The position numbers and the translations under genes are program-made. The notes below the pieces were generated by a model, which ran no database searches, was not told where the DNA came from, and worked only from the letters and a program-made list of their open reading frames with translations. Shown in pieces: positions 1-9,274 of a stretch of DNA of 64,000 nt. Numbering within the stretch: position 1 is the first letter of the stretch; every line of letters begins with the position of its first letter. Location of the stretch: NCBI GenBank assembly GCA_048939995.1, contig JBHLOY010000002.1, positions 1-64,000 of the forward strand, written 5' to 3'. The stretch comes from Promethearchaeota archaeon (lineage in GTDB: Archaea; Asgardarchaeota; Lokiarchaeia; Sigyniarchaeales; SOKP01).

Positions 1-1
1 C

Positions 2-331
2 CCCGCCTATCGTGATTCCCTTGAGCTCGGAAACACATTGCGGTACAAGCCCATACTTTAAGGTTTCTCTTGCAAGCTTAACAAAAGTAACCCCTGCTTC
101 TGCAATACACGTCCTTGTATCCGTGTTTATCTCAATAATGTCTGTAAGTGACTTCACGTCTATCGGCTTGTCACTATATTTCGGGTTATCCGGCTGTGGA
201 GCCATGTGGGAAACGCTCGCCTTTTTTAGAGAGAAATATTCCCCCGGCTTCGCGTTATCGTACGCATTTCTAACCATTTCAGAGATCGCTTCTACTTTTC
301 TTTTATGTATTGCTAGTTTTTCTTCGCTCAT
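2..331 (-). CDS. FAD-binding oxidoreductase (FAD_binding_4/VAO family, DHCR24/GlcD-like), N-terminal part, truncated by window edge
   Basis: Manual translation from ATG at 331: MSEEKLAIHKRKVEAISEMV...TCIAEAGVTFVKLARETLKYGLVPQCVSELKGITIGG; AEAGVT and E-x-x-x-ITIGG are typical FAD_binding_4 motifs; not in the ORF track because it runs off the window. Confidence 0.75.
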   Translation of the reverse strand, partial: MSEEKLAIHKRKVEAISEMVRNAYDNAKPGEYFSLKKASVSHMAPQPDNPKYSDKPIDVKSLTDIIEINTDTRTCIAEAGVTFVKLARETLKYGLVPQCVSELKGITIGG

Positions 332-332
332 G

Positions 333-542
333 TCAAACACAAGGTTTCACCTCAAAATTCAAAATTTTTGGAATGTTAGGCAAAATTTTGATAACATCAG
401 GTAAGGATAAAAATTTCAGACAAAAGTAGGAATCTTTTACTTCAGTAAAAAGTGGTGGAACGACCACATCTAGATCAAGGCTAGTAAATAAGGTTTTAAA
501 GGCAACCAAATTTAGCCCCATATTAGGAAAGCTAATTAGCAT
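333..542 (-). pseudogene. Chimeric/truncated remnant of DUF2229 (CoA-activase/2-hydroxyacyl-CoA dehydratase-related) genes
   Basis: C-terminal half EVKDSYFCLKFLSLPDVIKILPNIPKILNFEV nearly matches the internal segment of 1135-2211; N-terminal MLISFPNMG...DVVVPP resembles the start of a related family member; only 69 aa. Confidence 0.6.
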
Positions 543-783
543 CTCTATTATTCTCCTAAACTACCCAAGCATTTTGATGGATTTATCTTATGCTTCTTTG
601 ATTTTAATTATTTTAAATATTAAGAGTTAATCTCAGAAGTTTACTTAACTAACTTTTTAATTAAATAACACGGTCTTATATAAAAAATTACCCATTATAA
701 ACAGATTCTCAAAAGTATGTATTTTTATTAATGCTTTTAACATATTTGCTAGTCAATCGAGCAATTCTCTTTACATTTAAGAT

Positions 784-1044
784 TTACTCTCTATAAATTA
801 ACACTTTATCTTTAGAGTATTGATAATTTTCCTTGAAAACATAATAAAAGAGTAAATTCATCAGTCTTTCACATTCTTCAAAAGTTAATTCAATTTTTTG
901 ATTATTTTTCGAAATGGAAAATTTTTGATGGATATCTATCTTATGTTTAGAGTTATGAATAACTATATAGGTTTCTTTAAAAGGAATTTCATGGTTTTCT
1001 TTTATATTTACACTGATATTTTTAGATTTCATATTTAAACTCAA
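784..1044 (-). CDS. Hypothetical protein
   Basis: 86-aa ORF, no recognised motif. Confidence 0.4.
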   Translation of the reverse strand: MSLNMKSKNISVNIKENHEIPFKETYIVIHNSKHKIDIHQKFSISKNNQKIELTFEECERLMNLLFYYVFKENYQYSKDKVLIYRE

Positions 1045-1134
1045 TTAAGTAGTTCTTTTCCATAGTTTATAAGATTAAAAAAATATTTTGGTTTAAACTT
1101 TAATTATCTCCTTAGATAAAGATATGTTGCTCAA

Positions 1135-2211
1135 CTAAACTCCTTGAGCTGAGTTAATTTTAATTCTATCTCGTGGACCTAATCCAAGCTTCTTCCTCTT
1201 CCTACGTACCATTTCGACAAAACTTTCGATACGGGTAAGCATTCCGGCTTCTCCTGAATGTTCATCCATTGTTATCTCTAAGAAAGGTAATCCTACGACT
1301 TTCATATCTCGCATAATCAACTCAGAAATCAAACTATCTGGACCACAAGCAAAACTAATTAAGAAAATTACACCATCAATTTCATCTCTTCCTTCTCTTA
1401 AAAAATATCGTATTGATTGCATAATCTCTTCTTCATGTCTCCAATAATTCCGTAGTTTTCCTCCTCTGGGATTTACGATAACGGGCTCCTTAAAAATGAA
1501 TTCTGGTAAATTTTCGATAGCAAGTATTTCAACCCCGTGATCTTGGAGTTTTTTCTGAAAATCTAAATTAATATAGGTGTCAAAAATATTGTAAGCATGT
1601 CCTAAAAGTAAAAATCTAATATCTCCAGTGTGTTTTTTCTTTGGAACTTTGAAAGGAACATCTCTTTGGACTAATCTTAGTGCATAATTTACGGATACAC
1701 CTTGTCGTAAGAAATCATGATATTGATCAAAATATTTTTGAGCAGTTCTATATGCTTCTAATGATTTTGTCTGGTTTTGGCCCAATTCTTTTCCAAGTTC
1801 AATAACAGAGGTTGCTATAGGGAATTCTTTCACATTAACCTCAAAATTTAAAATCTTAGGAATCTTAGGTAAAATTTTGATTACATCTGGTAAAGACAAA
1901 AATTTTGGACAAAAATATGCTTCCTTTACTTCAGCAACATATCTCGGAACAAAGATGTAATCTAAATCGGGATTATTTTCGATAAGTTTTAGTACTTGAC
2001 CATAATAAATTTTCATTGGAATGCATAACTCACCAAATCCATGAGTTACTCCTTCTTCTACAATTTTTTTATTAGTCGGAGGACTAAGCACTAGCTCGGC
2101 ATCTAATTCTTCTAAAAGTTTTTTCCAAAAAGGAAAATAGCGATAGAAGTGAAGGGCTCTAGGGATACCAACTTTTATTTTTTTTTTCTCGTTGTCCGAA
2201 CTTGTTGCCAT
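1135..2211 (-). CDS. DUF2229 / acyl-CoA dehydratase activase-related protein
   Basis: KVGIPRAL, CIPMK, FCPKF, FACGPDS, DEHSGEAG-x-x-TR-x-E motifs. Confidence 0.8.
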   Translation of the reverse strand: MATSSDNEKKKIKVGIPRALHFYRYFPFWKKLLEELDAELVLSPPTNKKIVEEGVTHGFGELCIPMKIYYGQVLKLIENNPDLDYIFVPRYVAEVKEAYFCPKFLSLPDVIKILPKIPKILNFEVNVKEFPIATSVIELGKELGQNQTKSLEAYRTAQKYFDQYHDFLRQGVSVNYALRLVQRDVPFKVPKKKHTGDIRFLLLGHAYNIFDTYINLDFQKKLQDHGVEILAIENLPEFIFKEPVIVNPRGGKLRNYWRHEEEIMQSIRYFLREGRDEIDGVIFLISFACGPDSLISELIMRDMKVVGLPFLEITMDEHSGEAGMLTRIESFVEMVRRKRKKLGLGPRDRIKINSAQGV

Positions 2212-2232
2212 ATTAAAAATTCCTCAAGCAAA

Positions 2233-3897
2233 TTACGCATCAGGTTCATCATAAAGCAATAATTCTTTGATCTGTGCCATCATATTGTTTGTTAATCGTT
2301 TCAATTCGTCATAATCTGGCATTGTTTTACCCCAATATTGTTTGTGTTCCATAAAGGGTGGACCTGCCTTAAAGACATTTCCTTTATAGAAATTCAACAT
2401 TTTAGCGTGTTTTGGATAAGTATCTTCTGTACCTGTAATTCCAATTAATACTATTGGCACTTGAGCTTCAATTGCTAATCGCATAGCACCAGTGTGCCCT
2501 TCTAGTAACTCTCCACCACCTGTATTTGTTGTTCCTTCTGGGTATATTGTTACAACTTGATCTTTATTCAATAAAAATTTAGCATAATTATAAGAATCTA
2601 CATCATGAGCACCCCGTCTTAACGGAAATGCAAAGTGAGTTCTAACCCATGCATTTACTACAGGATATTGAAATAGTGATTGCTTCGACATCTGCCAAAT
2701 GTATCGCTTTTTATGGATTCCAAAAAGGGTAGCTAGCATAATGACATCCCATTCTGAATTGTGGTTTGTACAAAGGATAAAACCTCCTTTATTAGGGATA
2801 TTTTCAAAATCAATAATCTTATAGGGCGCCATCAGATTTAACCACTTATCCACAACCTGAGCTGAAAACATATACACTGTTTCTTTAAATTTCCAGTCAA
2901 CTTTTAAATCCCTTAAGGCTTCAATTAAGGCATACCATGAATCATCAATGAGTTGTAAAGTGCCTTTTAATATATCTTTTCCATATCTTTTGATGTTGAA
3001 TTTTGGTTTTGTTTCAAGATCAGTTGGTGCTCCTATTGAAAGATCTTGCTCAGTTTTACCATATGTGCCTTCCTTTAATTCAAAAATTACTGTTCTTAAC
3101 TCATTTGTTAATCTTCGAATATCCTCATAACTCATTTTATCAAGTTTGTAATCATGATAATAAATTGGTTCTCCTACTCGGGTTATAACTTGGGTAGGTT
3201 TCATAACTAACTTTCCCTTTGGTAATGCGTTTTGCGAACCAATAACCGCCATAGGTACAATTGGACAATCCATCTCAATTGCCATTCTTACTGCACCTGT
3301 TTTAAACTCACCCAATTCTCCATCAACAGAACGAGTTCCTTCTGGAAAAATTCCTACCACTTCTCCTTGACGTAAAAGGTCCTTAGCGGTATCCCATCCT
3401 AATGATGGATTTTCTCGATCCAGTTTAAAAGCACTTAAGTTTGTAAAGAGAGTCCTAACTATAGGGGTTTGAAAATTCTCTAATTTACTCATCCAATGAA
3501 TTCTACGATGCATGGCGCACCCACAAAAGAAGGGATCAAGATGGCTTTGGTGACTAGAGACGAGAACAACTGGCCCCCATTCTGGGAAAATGTTTTTCTT
3601 CGGGTACTCTGCTTTGAAGTTCCAGAGGACTCTAGCAGCGAGTTTCACCCATATATTAGCAGCTCTCCATTCTAAACGTTTTTCTAAATCTGTTAGATTA
3701 AGCCTTTCAATGATATTACGATAAAGATCATTCAGAGGATCAATTGGATTATACTTTAAAACCTTATAGAGTGCATTTTGGTGGGGTTTTTCTAACTTTA
3801 AATCTTCCTTAAGTTTTTGTTCCATGACTTTGGCTGGCTCATAATCATAATCTTTTGAAATAATTTGATTTGATTTTTCAGTTTGCATTTTTCTCAA
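2233..3897 (-). CDS. Two-domain PlsC-like lysophospholipid acyltransferase
   Basis: Two HxxxxD motifs (SHQSHLD, NHNSEWD) and two PEGT motifs (FPEGTR, YPEGTT). Confidence 0.85.
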   Translation of the reverse strand: MRKMQTEKSNQIISKDYDYEPAKVMEQKLKEDLKLEKPHQNALYKVLKYNPIDPLNDLYRNIIERLNLTDLEKRLEWRAANIWVKLAARVLWNFKAEYPKKNIFPEWGPVVLVSSHQSHLDPFFCGCAMHRRIHWMSKLENFQTPIVRTLFTNLSAFKLDRENPSLGWDTAKDLLRQGEVVGIFPEGTRSVDGELGEFKTGAVRMAIEMDCPIVPMAVIGSQNALPKGKLVMKPTQVITRVGEPIYYHDYKLDKMSYEDIRRLTNELRTVIFELKEGTYGKTEQDLSIGAPTDLETKPKFNIKRYGKDILKGTLQLIDDSWYALIEALRDLKVDWKFKETVYMFSAQVVDKWLNLMAPYKIIDFENIPNKGGFILCTNHNSEWDVIMLATLFGIHKKRYIWQMSKQSLFQYPVVNAWVRTHFAFPLRRGAHDVDSYNYAKFLLNKDQVVTIYPEGTTNTGGGELLEGHTGAMRLAIEAQVPIVLIGITGTEDTYPKHAKMLNFYKGNVFKAGPPFMEHKQYWGKTMPDYDELKRLTNNMMAQIKELLLYDEPDA

Positions 3898-3943
3898 CTA
3901 ATTTTCTCTAATTTAAGTTATTAAAAACGGATAGTAAAATTAA

Positions 3944-3959
3944 TAAAAGTATACTTTTA
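3944..3959. promoter_or_regulatory. 16-bp perfect palindrome upstream of the acyltransferase gene, possible operator
   Basis: TAAAAGTATACTTTTA, about 50 nt upstream of the 3897 start; the AT-rich background lowers significance. Confidence 0.3.
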
Positions 3960-4104
3960 GTACTAAATTATCTTTACTTAAAGACTTGTTTATATAAAAA
4001 TATAATGGTTAGAATCATACTGGAGAAAGTATGATTGTAAATTAAAGAAAGAAATCGTGAGATCATTAATTAAAGATTCTCATCGTGAAATTGGCTGAAT
4101 TTTT

Positions 4105-4893
4105 TTAAGATTTGATTTTTAAACCTTCTTGAGTATTTGAGTCTGATAATGATTTTTTTCCAATTATCTTTTTAAACTCTTCTAATGATTCAATTACCAA
4201 ACTCGGATGGAAATTAGCTAGAGTTTCTTTCTTACTTACACCTGTAGATACTCCTACAGTCCAAACCCCTGCTTCTTGTCCAGCTTCAATATCGGAGGGC
4301 ATATCTCCGATCATTATAAAATCTTTAACTTTATAAGATTTGTAATTTTCAAAAACAGGAATCAATGCTTCAGGGCTTGGTTTAAGTTCTGGTAATACAT
4401 CCGCACCATAAACCCCTTTGAATAAGTTTTCAATTCCTTCTCTTTCCAAATGATCCATCAAGTTTCTTGTTTGATTATGAGATACAATAAAAAGATCATA
4501 TGACTTTTTCAACTTTTTCAACAATTCGATAGATCCAGGAAAGAACGGAGCCTCCTTTGCATAGGTTAAGTACTTTGTAAAAATTCTTGCAGCAATCTCT
4601 AATTTTTTTAGATAAGTTAATGATTGAAAAGAAGAGATATGTTTCACTAACTCATGAGACTGAAGTAATATTTTCGGAAGAGGTAAAGCTTGAATAGTTT
4701 CCATCAAAGCCCCAATTTCTTCTATTGTAGTATTAACATCTGCAGCTAACTTTTTCCTTTCAAAAACTTCTTCTATCGATGTTCGAAGTGGTTTGCTAAT
4801 ATCAAGAAGGGTTCCATCAAAATCAAAAATAATCCCTCTAATGGATTTGGAATGAAGGGCTTTTACTAATTGATTATCGCTATTCATAGGCAT
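4105..4893 (-). CDS. HAD-family hydrolase (phosphoglycolate phosphatase-like)
   Basis: FDFDGTL motif I, KPSP, IGDMPSD motif IV. Confidence 0.85.
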   Translation of the reverse strand: MPMNSDNQLVKALHSKSIRGIIFDFDGTLLDISKPLRTSIEEVFERKKLAADVNTTIEEIGALMETIQALPLPKILLQSHELVKHISSFQSLTYLKKLEIAARIFTKYLTYAKEAPFFPGSIELLKKLKKSYDLFIVSHNQTRNLMDHLEREGIENLFKGVYGADVLPELKPSPEALIPVFENYKSYKVKDFIMIGDMPSDIEAGQEAGVWTVGVSTGVSKKETLANFHPSLVIESLEEFKKIIGKKSLSDSNTQEGLKIKS

Positions 4894-5135
4894 CTAATAC
4901 TTCTTTAACGCTCTAATAATCTATCTATTAATTTATCTTTAGTTAAGTGTTCTTTTATATAAAAACATATTCTAAACTATAATATTTGATTTAGTATGAA
5001 AGCAAAACCTTTTTTTAATTATTATATACTATATTTAGTTTCCAATATTATGTGTAAGAAAATTATATATAATGAAATCGTTATTACGTTATTAATTAAT
5101 TTGACGTTATTTAATTAAATTAGAAGGTTATTAAT

Positions 5136-5336
5136 ATGGGGAAAAGACTCAACTTATATATAACATTTGGGCTATTTTTAGCAGGATTTTTCCTTAAAGA
5201 TTCACGTCACATAATTTCCTTGATGCGAGAAATTACTAAATTTCTTTCTAGATACCGAAATATTGTCAATGAGCACTATTTAGACTATTATAATCAAATA
5301 ATAGTTAGTGTTGAACAAAAAATCTCCACATCATAA
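5136..5336 (+). CDS. Small hypothetical protein with N-terminal hydrophobic helix
   Basis: 66-aa ORF preceded by GAAGG; hydrophobic N-terminus. Confidence 0.35.
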   Translation: MGKRLNLYITFGLFLAGFFLKDSRHIISLMREITKFLSRYRNIVNEHYLDYYNQIIVSVEQKISTS

Positions 5337-5446
5337 TCTATTTTCACTCGATTTACAATATTTGAAAAACATTAATTCAATATATTAAAATTATAAAACT
5401 CATTTTACCAAACATTAAAGGGATATTGTTGTAGAGTTTCGAAGAT

Positions 5447-6853
5447 ATGAACCAAAGCACTAAACCATCTTTTAACAGAATTTTTTGGCCTTTATACCTT
5501 TTGAATGGTTTTCAGAGTATAGCATATGGCGCAATTATCGTATTAGTTGTGCCTCTTGCTCTAATTATATGGCCAAATGATCCAGCAGATATTCATGCCT
5601 TAGAAATGGGAATATTGTATACCACTTTATCTTGGGCATCATCTTTTTCAGGACTATTATTTGGTAGACTTATTGACAAATATTCTCGTAAAAAGATTAT
5701 AATTATCATTTCAATTTTTCGTGGAATATCTATGCTCTTATTAGGATTTGCTGTTTATGGTGGTGAAGTCAACACATGGTGGTATTTTTTCATTTTTATT
5801 ACTTTATTTGGTTTTTTTGCTGGAGGATCATGGCCAGCTATTAACTCATTATCTAATGATATTGTGGCGCAAGAAAAACGATCTCGATTTTTTGGGGTAT
5901 ATCAGATTGTACTTAATACAACTAATATTATTGGGTGGTTAGTTGCAACCCTTTTAGTCCAAAATGGTTTTTGGAGGGAATTCTTTTGGGGTATAGGCAC
6001 TTTTATTCTTCTTGGGGGCTTTATCTTTGCTATACAAAACAAGGAGCCAAAAAGAGGTGCACAACAAGAGGAACTATATCAAATACTTCAAGATGAGTCA
6101 ATTGAATATGATTTTGAAATAGATAGGAAAATGATGCGCAAAACAATGCTTAGTAAAACTAATTCTGTTGCTCTTGTTGAAGGAATTTTTACATGTATCC
6201 TTATGAGTAGCCTAAATTTTTTAATATTGAATTACGTCCAAAACCCTCCATATAATCTTGCTCCCTTTTCAATAGGCGTTTTTATGGTTATTTTTGGCTT
6301 AACTGGAGGATTAGTGGGTCAAATTTTGTTATCAAGGGTTAGTGATAAGATTGCTATCAAAGATCAGGTAAAGAGACTACCGATTATAGTAATTTCTATT
6401 ATAGGTGGCTTGGTCACTTTTGCTCTTTTCTTTTTCCTGCCTTGGACTCCCTTAACTCCAGAACAAGGAGAGAATATCCTCTTTATAATGTCCTTACCCA
6501 CAATGTGGATTATGGGGGCACTCTTCTTTACATCTAGGTCGATTTTTTCATTGTATATTGTAAATCAGAGTCCAGTTATTCAACAAATTAACTTACCTGA
6601 GGCACAAGGTCAAATTGTATCATGGAATCAGTTCTTGGAGCAATTTGGGAGGGGAATTGGACCATTATTATGTGGAGTATTATTGCTTTTTACTAATACA
6701 AATTATCAAATTACAGTAATCGTTGTTATTTTATGTATTATCCCAGGAGTAGTATTATGGCTTCTAGCAATAAAATGGTTTCCAAAAGATAGACACCAAA
6801 TTAGGAGTATTTTAAAAGAAAGAGCTGAAGTGCTTAAATCTCGAAAGACCTAA
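5447..6853 (+). CDS. MFS transporter
   Basis: About 12 hydrophobic segments; GRLIDKYSRK motif A. Confidence 0.85.
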   Translation: MNQSTKPSFNRIFWPLYLLNGFQSIAYGAIIVLVVPLALIIWPNDPADIHALEMGILYTTLSWASSFSGLLFGRLIDKYSRKKIIIIISIFRGISMLLLGFAVYGGEVNTWWYFFIFITLFGFFAGGSWPAINSLSNDIVAQEKRSRFFGVYQIVLNTTNIIGWLVATLLVQNGFWREFFWGIGTFILLGGFIFAIQNKEPKRGAQQEELYQILQDESIEYDFEIDRKMMRKTMLSKTNSVALVEGIFTCILMSSLNFLILNYVQNPPYNLAPFSIGVFMVIFGLTGGLVGQILLSRVSDKIAIKDQVKRLPIIVISIIGGLVTFALFFFLPWTPLTPEQGENILFIMSLPTMWIMGALFFTSRSIFSLYIVNQSPVIQQINLPEAQGQIVSWNQFLEQFGRGIGPLLCGVLLLFTNTNYQITVIVVILCIIPGVVLWLLAIKWFPKDRHQIRSILKERAEVLKSRKT

Positions 6854-6859
6854 ACTACT

Positions 6860-9220
6860 TTAAAAAGTCATATGTTCTGTTCTTTTTATGATTTCATCTT
6901 GTAAATCTTTCCCCAAATTAATATAGTAATCGCTATATCCAGCAACCCGAACAATTAAATCTTTATACTGTTCGGGATTATTTTGAGCGGCTTTTAACAT
7001 TTCAGCTGTGACAACATTGAATTGGATATGGTGTCCGTTCATGTTAAAATATGCTCTAATTAAATGAGCAACTTTTTCTATTCCAGAATCGTTTGAAAGT
7101 AATTGGGGTGTAAATTTTTGATTTAGTAGAGTTCCTCCAGTTTTAAACTGATCAATTTTTGCAGCAGATTTAAGTACTGCAGTGGGACCATTAATGTCTG
7201 CTCCCTGCACAGGAGAAATGCCCTCTGATAAGGGCATATAGGCTTTTCTTCCATCAGGAGTGGCTCCAGTTACTTTTCCAAAATAGATATGAACTGTAGT
7301 GGGGAGTAAATTAATGTGATGTAGTCCAGCCCTAGTATTCGGTCGATTATTAATAACATTATAGACAATATTAAATACTTGCTGTGTTATAGAGTCAGCA
7401 TAATCATTATCATTTCCATATTTTGGAGTTTTATACAAAATTTTCTGTCGTATTTCTTCATAACCTTCAAAATTTCTTTTTAATGCGTTCATCATATCTT
7501 TCATTGAAAATATTTTTTTATCAAATATGTTATACTTCAATGAGGTTAAGCAATCAGTTATACTTCCTATCCCTACAATTTGTATATATGATGTATTATA
7601 TTTTGCACCCCCCTCATGATAATCTAATCCTTTTTTAATGCAATCTTCTATAATTATCGATAGAAATACTGCTGGAAGCTGATGCCACAACTTTTCTATA
7701 ATCAGATTAGCTTTAATTTTAATATCTGCAAAATATTTGATTTGTCTATTATACGCATCTAAAAATTCATTAAATGACTTGAAACTAGTCGGATCTCCAG
7801 TTCTTAATCCAATTTGACTACTTGTTAATGGATCCAACCCATTATTTAGTGTAATCTCAAGTATTTTAACGAGGTTGAAGTATCCCGTGAGAATGTATGC
7901 CTCTTTTCCAAATGCACCTGATTCAATACATCCACTCGCCCCACCATTTCGAGCATCTATCAAAGTTTTACCCTGCCTAGTTAACTCTTGAATTATTGCA
8001 TCTGTATTAAATATTGAGGGTTGACCAAATCCAGTTTTAATAATGTTTAAAGCTCGTTTTAAGAACCCGTCTGGTGTTTTTTTGCTAATCTGGACATTAC
8101 TACTTGGTTGTACAATTCTCATTTCCTCAATTACATCCAATAAGAGATAGGATAGTTCATTAACACCATCTGAACCATCTTCTTTTAGACCACCAATATT
8201 AATATTACAAAAATCTGTATAAGTGCTACTCTCTTCAGCAGTTACACCAACTTTTGGAGGAGCAGGTTGATTATTAAACTTAATCCAAAATGCTTGAAGT
8301 AATTCAATTGCTTCTTCCTTAGATAATATTCCTTCAGCAATATCATTTTTATAGAAAGGATAGAGGTGCTGATCTAATCGTCCTGGATTAAAAGAATCCC
8401 ATGTATTAAATTCAATAATAACTCCTAAATGAATGAACCAGTAGTGTTGAAGGGCTTCCCAGAAAGTTCTTGGTGCGTGTGCGGGGACGCGAGAACAAAT
8501 TTCACAGATTTTTTCTAATTCTTTTTTTCTTGCTATATTAGATTCTTTTTCAGCTAATTGTTTTGCAAGTTCAGAATGTCGTTTTGCATAAGAGATTATT
8601 GCATCTGCGGCAATATTCATAGCTCTAAGTTGTTCTCTTTTGTTAAAAGCGATGGGATCATTAAAGAAATCCAGATCTTCAATACTTTTTTTTATTTCAT
8701 TTTTAAAATCCAAAAATCCTTTTTTCCAAATATTTTTTCCTGCTACAGTGTGACCAGGAGCTCTTTGTTCCATAAATTCTGTAAAAACGCCTGCTTTATA
8801 GGCATTAATCCATTCTTGGTCCATCTGCGCAAAAATTTTCTTTCTTATTGATTTCTCTTTCCAAAAAGGAATGATTTGTTCTTCTGATTGGTTTTTTACT
8901 TCTTCTGATACTTTAAATGAAATTTTTTTCCTTGTATTTAATACCTCTAAATCTTCAATACTATGGCAGCATACTTCAGGATAAGTTGGTGTTGCTTTGG
9001 GTTCTGGTCCACGTTCCCCAACTATTAATTCCCCTTCATTAATGCATATCTTTTTACGGTCTAATAAATATTTAAATAATTTAGCTCTAGCTACAGGAGC
9101 AGAATACTTCTGACACGTTCCCTTTTGATAAAATTCAGTGATAATTGAAGCCCGTTCTAAAGAAAGATAAGGAATTGCCTCTCGACTTTGGCTTCTTAAT
9201 CTTTCAATCCTCTGATTCAT
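6860..9220 (-). CDS. hypD: Glycyl radical enzyme, trans-4-hydroxy-L-proline dehydratase-like
   Basis: SGCIE Cys loop, RVAGY Gly loop; PTYPEVCCH and TEFMEQRAPGHT segments characteristic of HypD. Confidence 0.8.
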   Translation of the reverse strand: MNQRIERLRSQSREAIPYLSLERASIITEFYQKGTCQKYSAPVARAKLFKYLLDRKKICINEGELIVGERGPEPKATPTYPEVCCHSIEDLEVLNTRKKISFKVSEEVKNQSEEQIIPFWKEKSIRKKIFAQMDQEWINAYKAGVFTEFMEQRAPGHTVAGKNIWKKGFLDFKNEIKKSIEDLDFFNDPIAFNKREQLRAMNIAADAIISYAKRHSELAKQLAEKESNIARKKELEKICEICSRVPAHAPRTFWEALQHYWFIHLGVIIEFNTWDSFNPGRLDQHLYPFYKNDIAEGILSKEEAIELLQAFWIKFNNQPAPPKVGVTAEESSTYTDFCNINIGGLKEDGSDGVNELSYLLLDVIEEMRIVQPSSNVQISKKTPDGFLKRALNIIKTGFGQPSIFNTDAIIQELTRQGKTLIDARNGGASGCIESGAFGKEAYILTGYFNLVKILEITLNNGLDPLTSSQIGLRTGDPTSFKSFNEFLDAYNRQIKYFADIKIKANLIIEKLWHQLPAVFLSIIIEDCIKKGLDYHEGGAKYNTSYIQIVGIGSITDCLTSLKYNIFDKKIFSMKDMMNALKRNFEGYEEIRQKILYKTPKYGNDNDYADSITQQVFNIVYNVINNRPNTRAGLHHINLLPTTVHIYFGKVTGATPDGRKAYMPLSEGISPVQGADINGPTAVLKSAAKIDQFKTGGTLLNQKFTPQLLSNDSGIEKVAHLIRAYFNMNGHHIQFNVVTAEMLKAAQNNPEQYKDLIVRVAGYSDYYINLGKDLQDEIIKRTEHMTF

Positions 9221-9274
9221 TATTTTTTTAATTGTAATTATTCTAATTGTAATAAGGCAATTTAAGAATTAAAT

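Noticed and set aside
12-404. 130-aa plus-strand ORF
   Set aside because: Shadow of the minus-strand FAD oxidoreductase, which carries the recognisable motifs.
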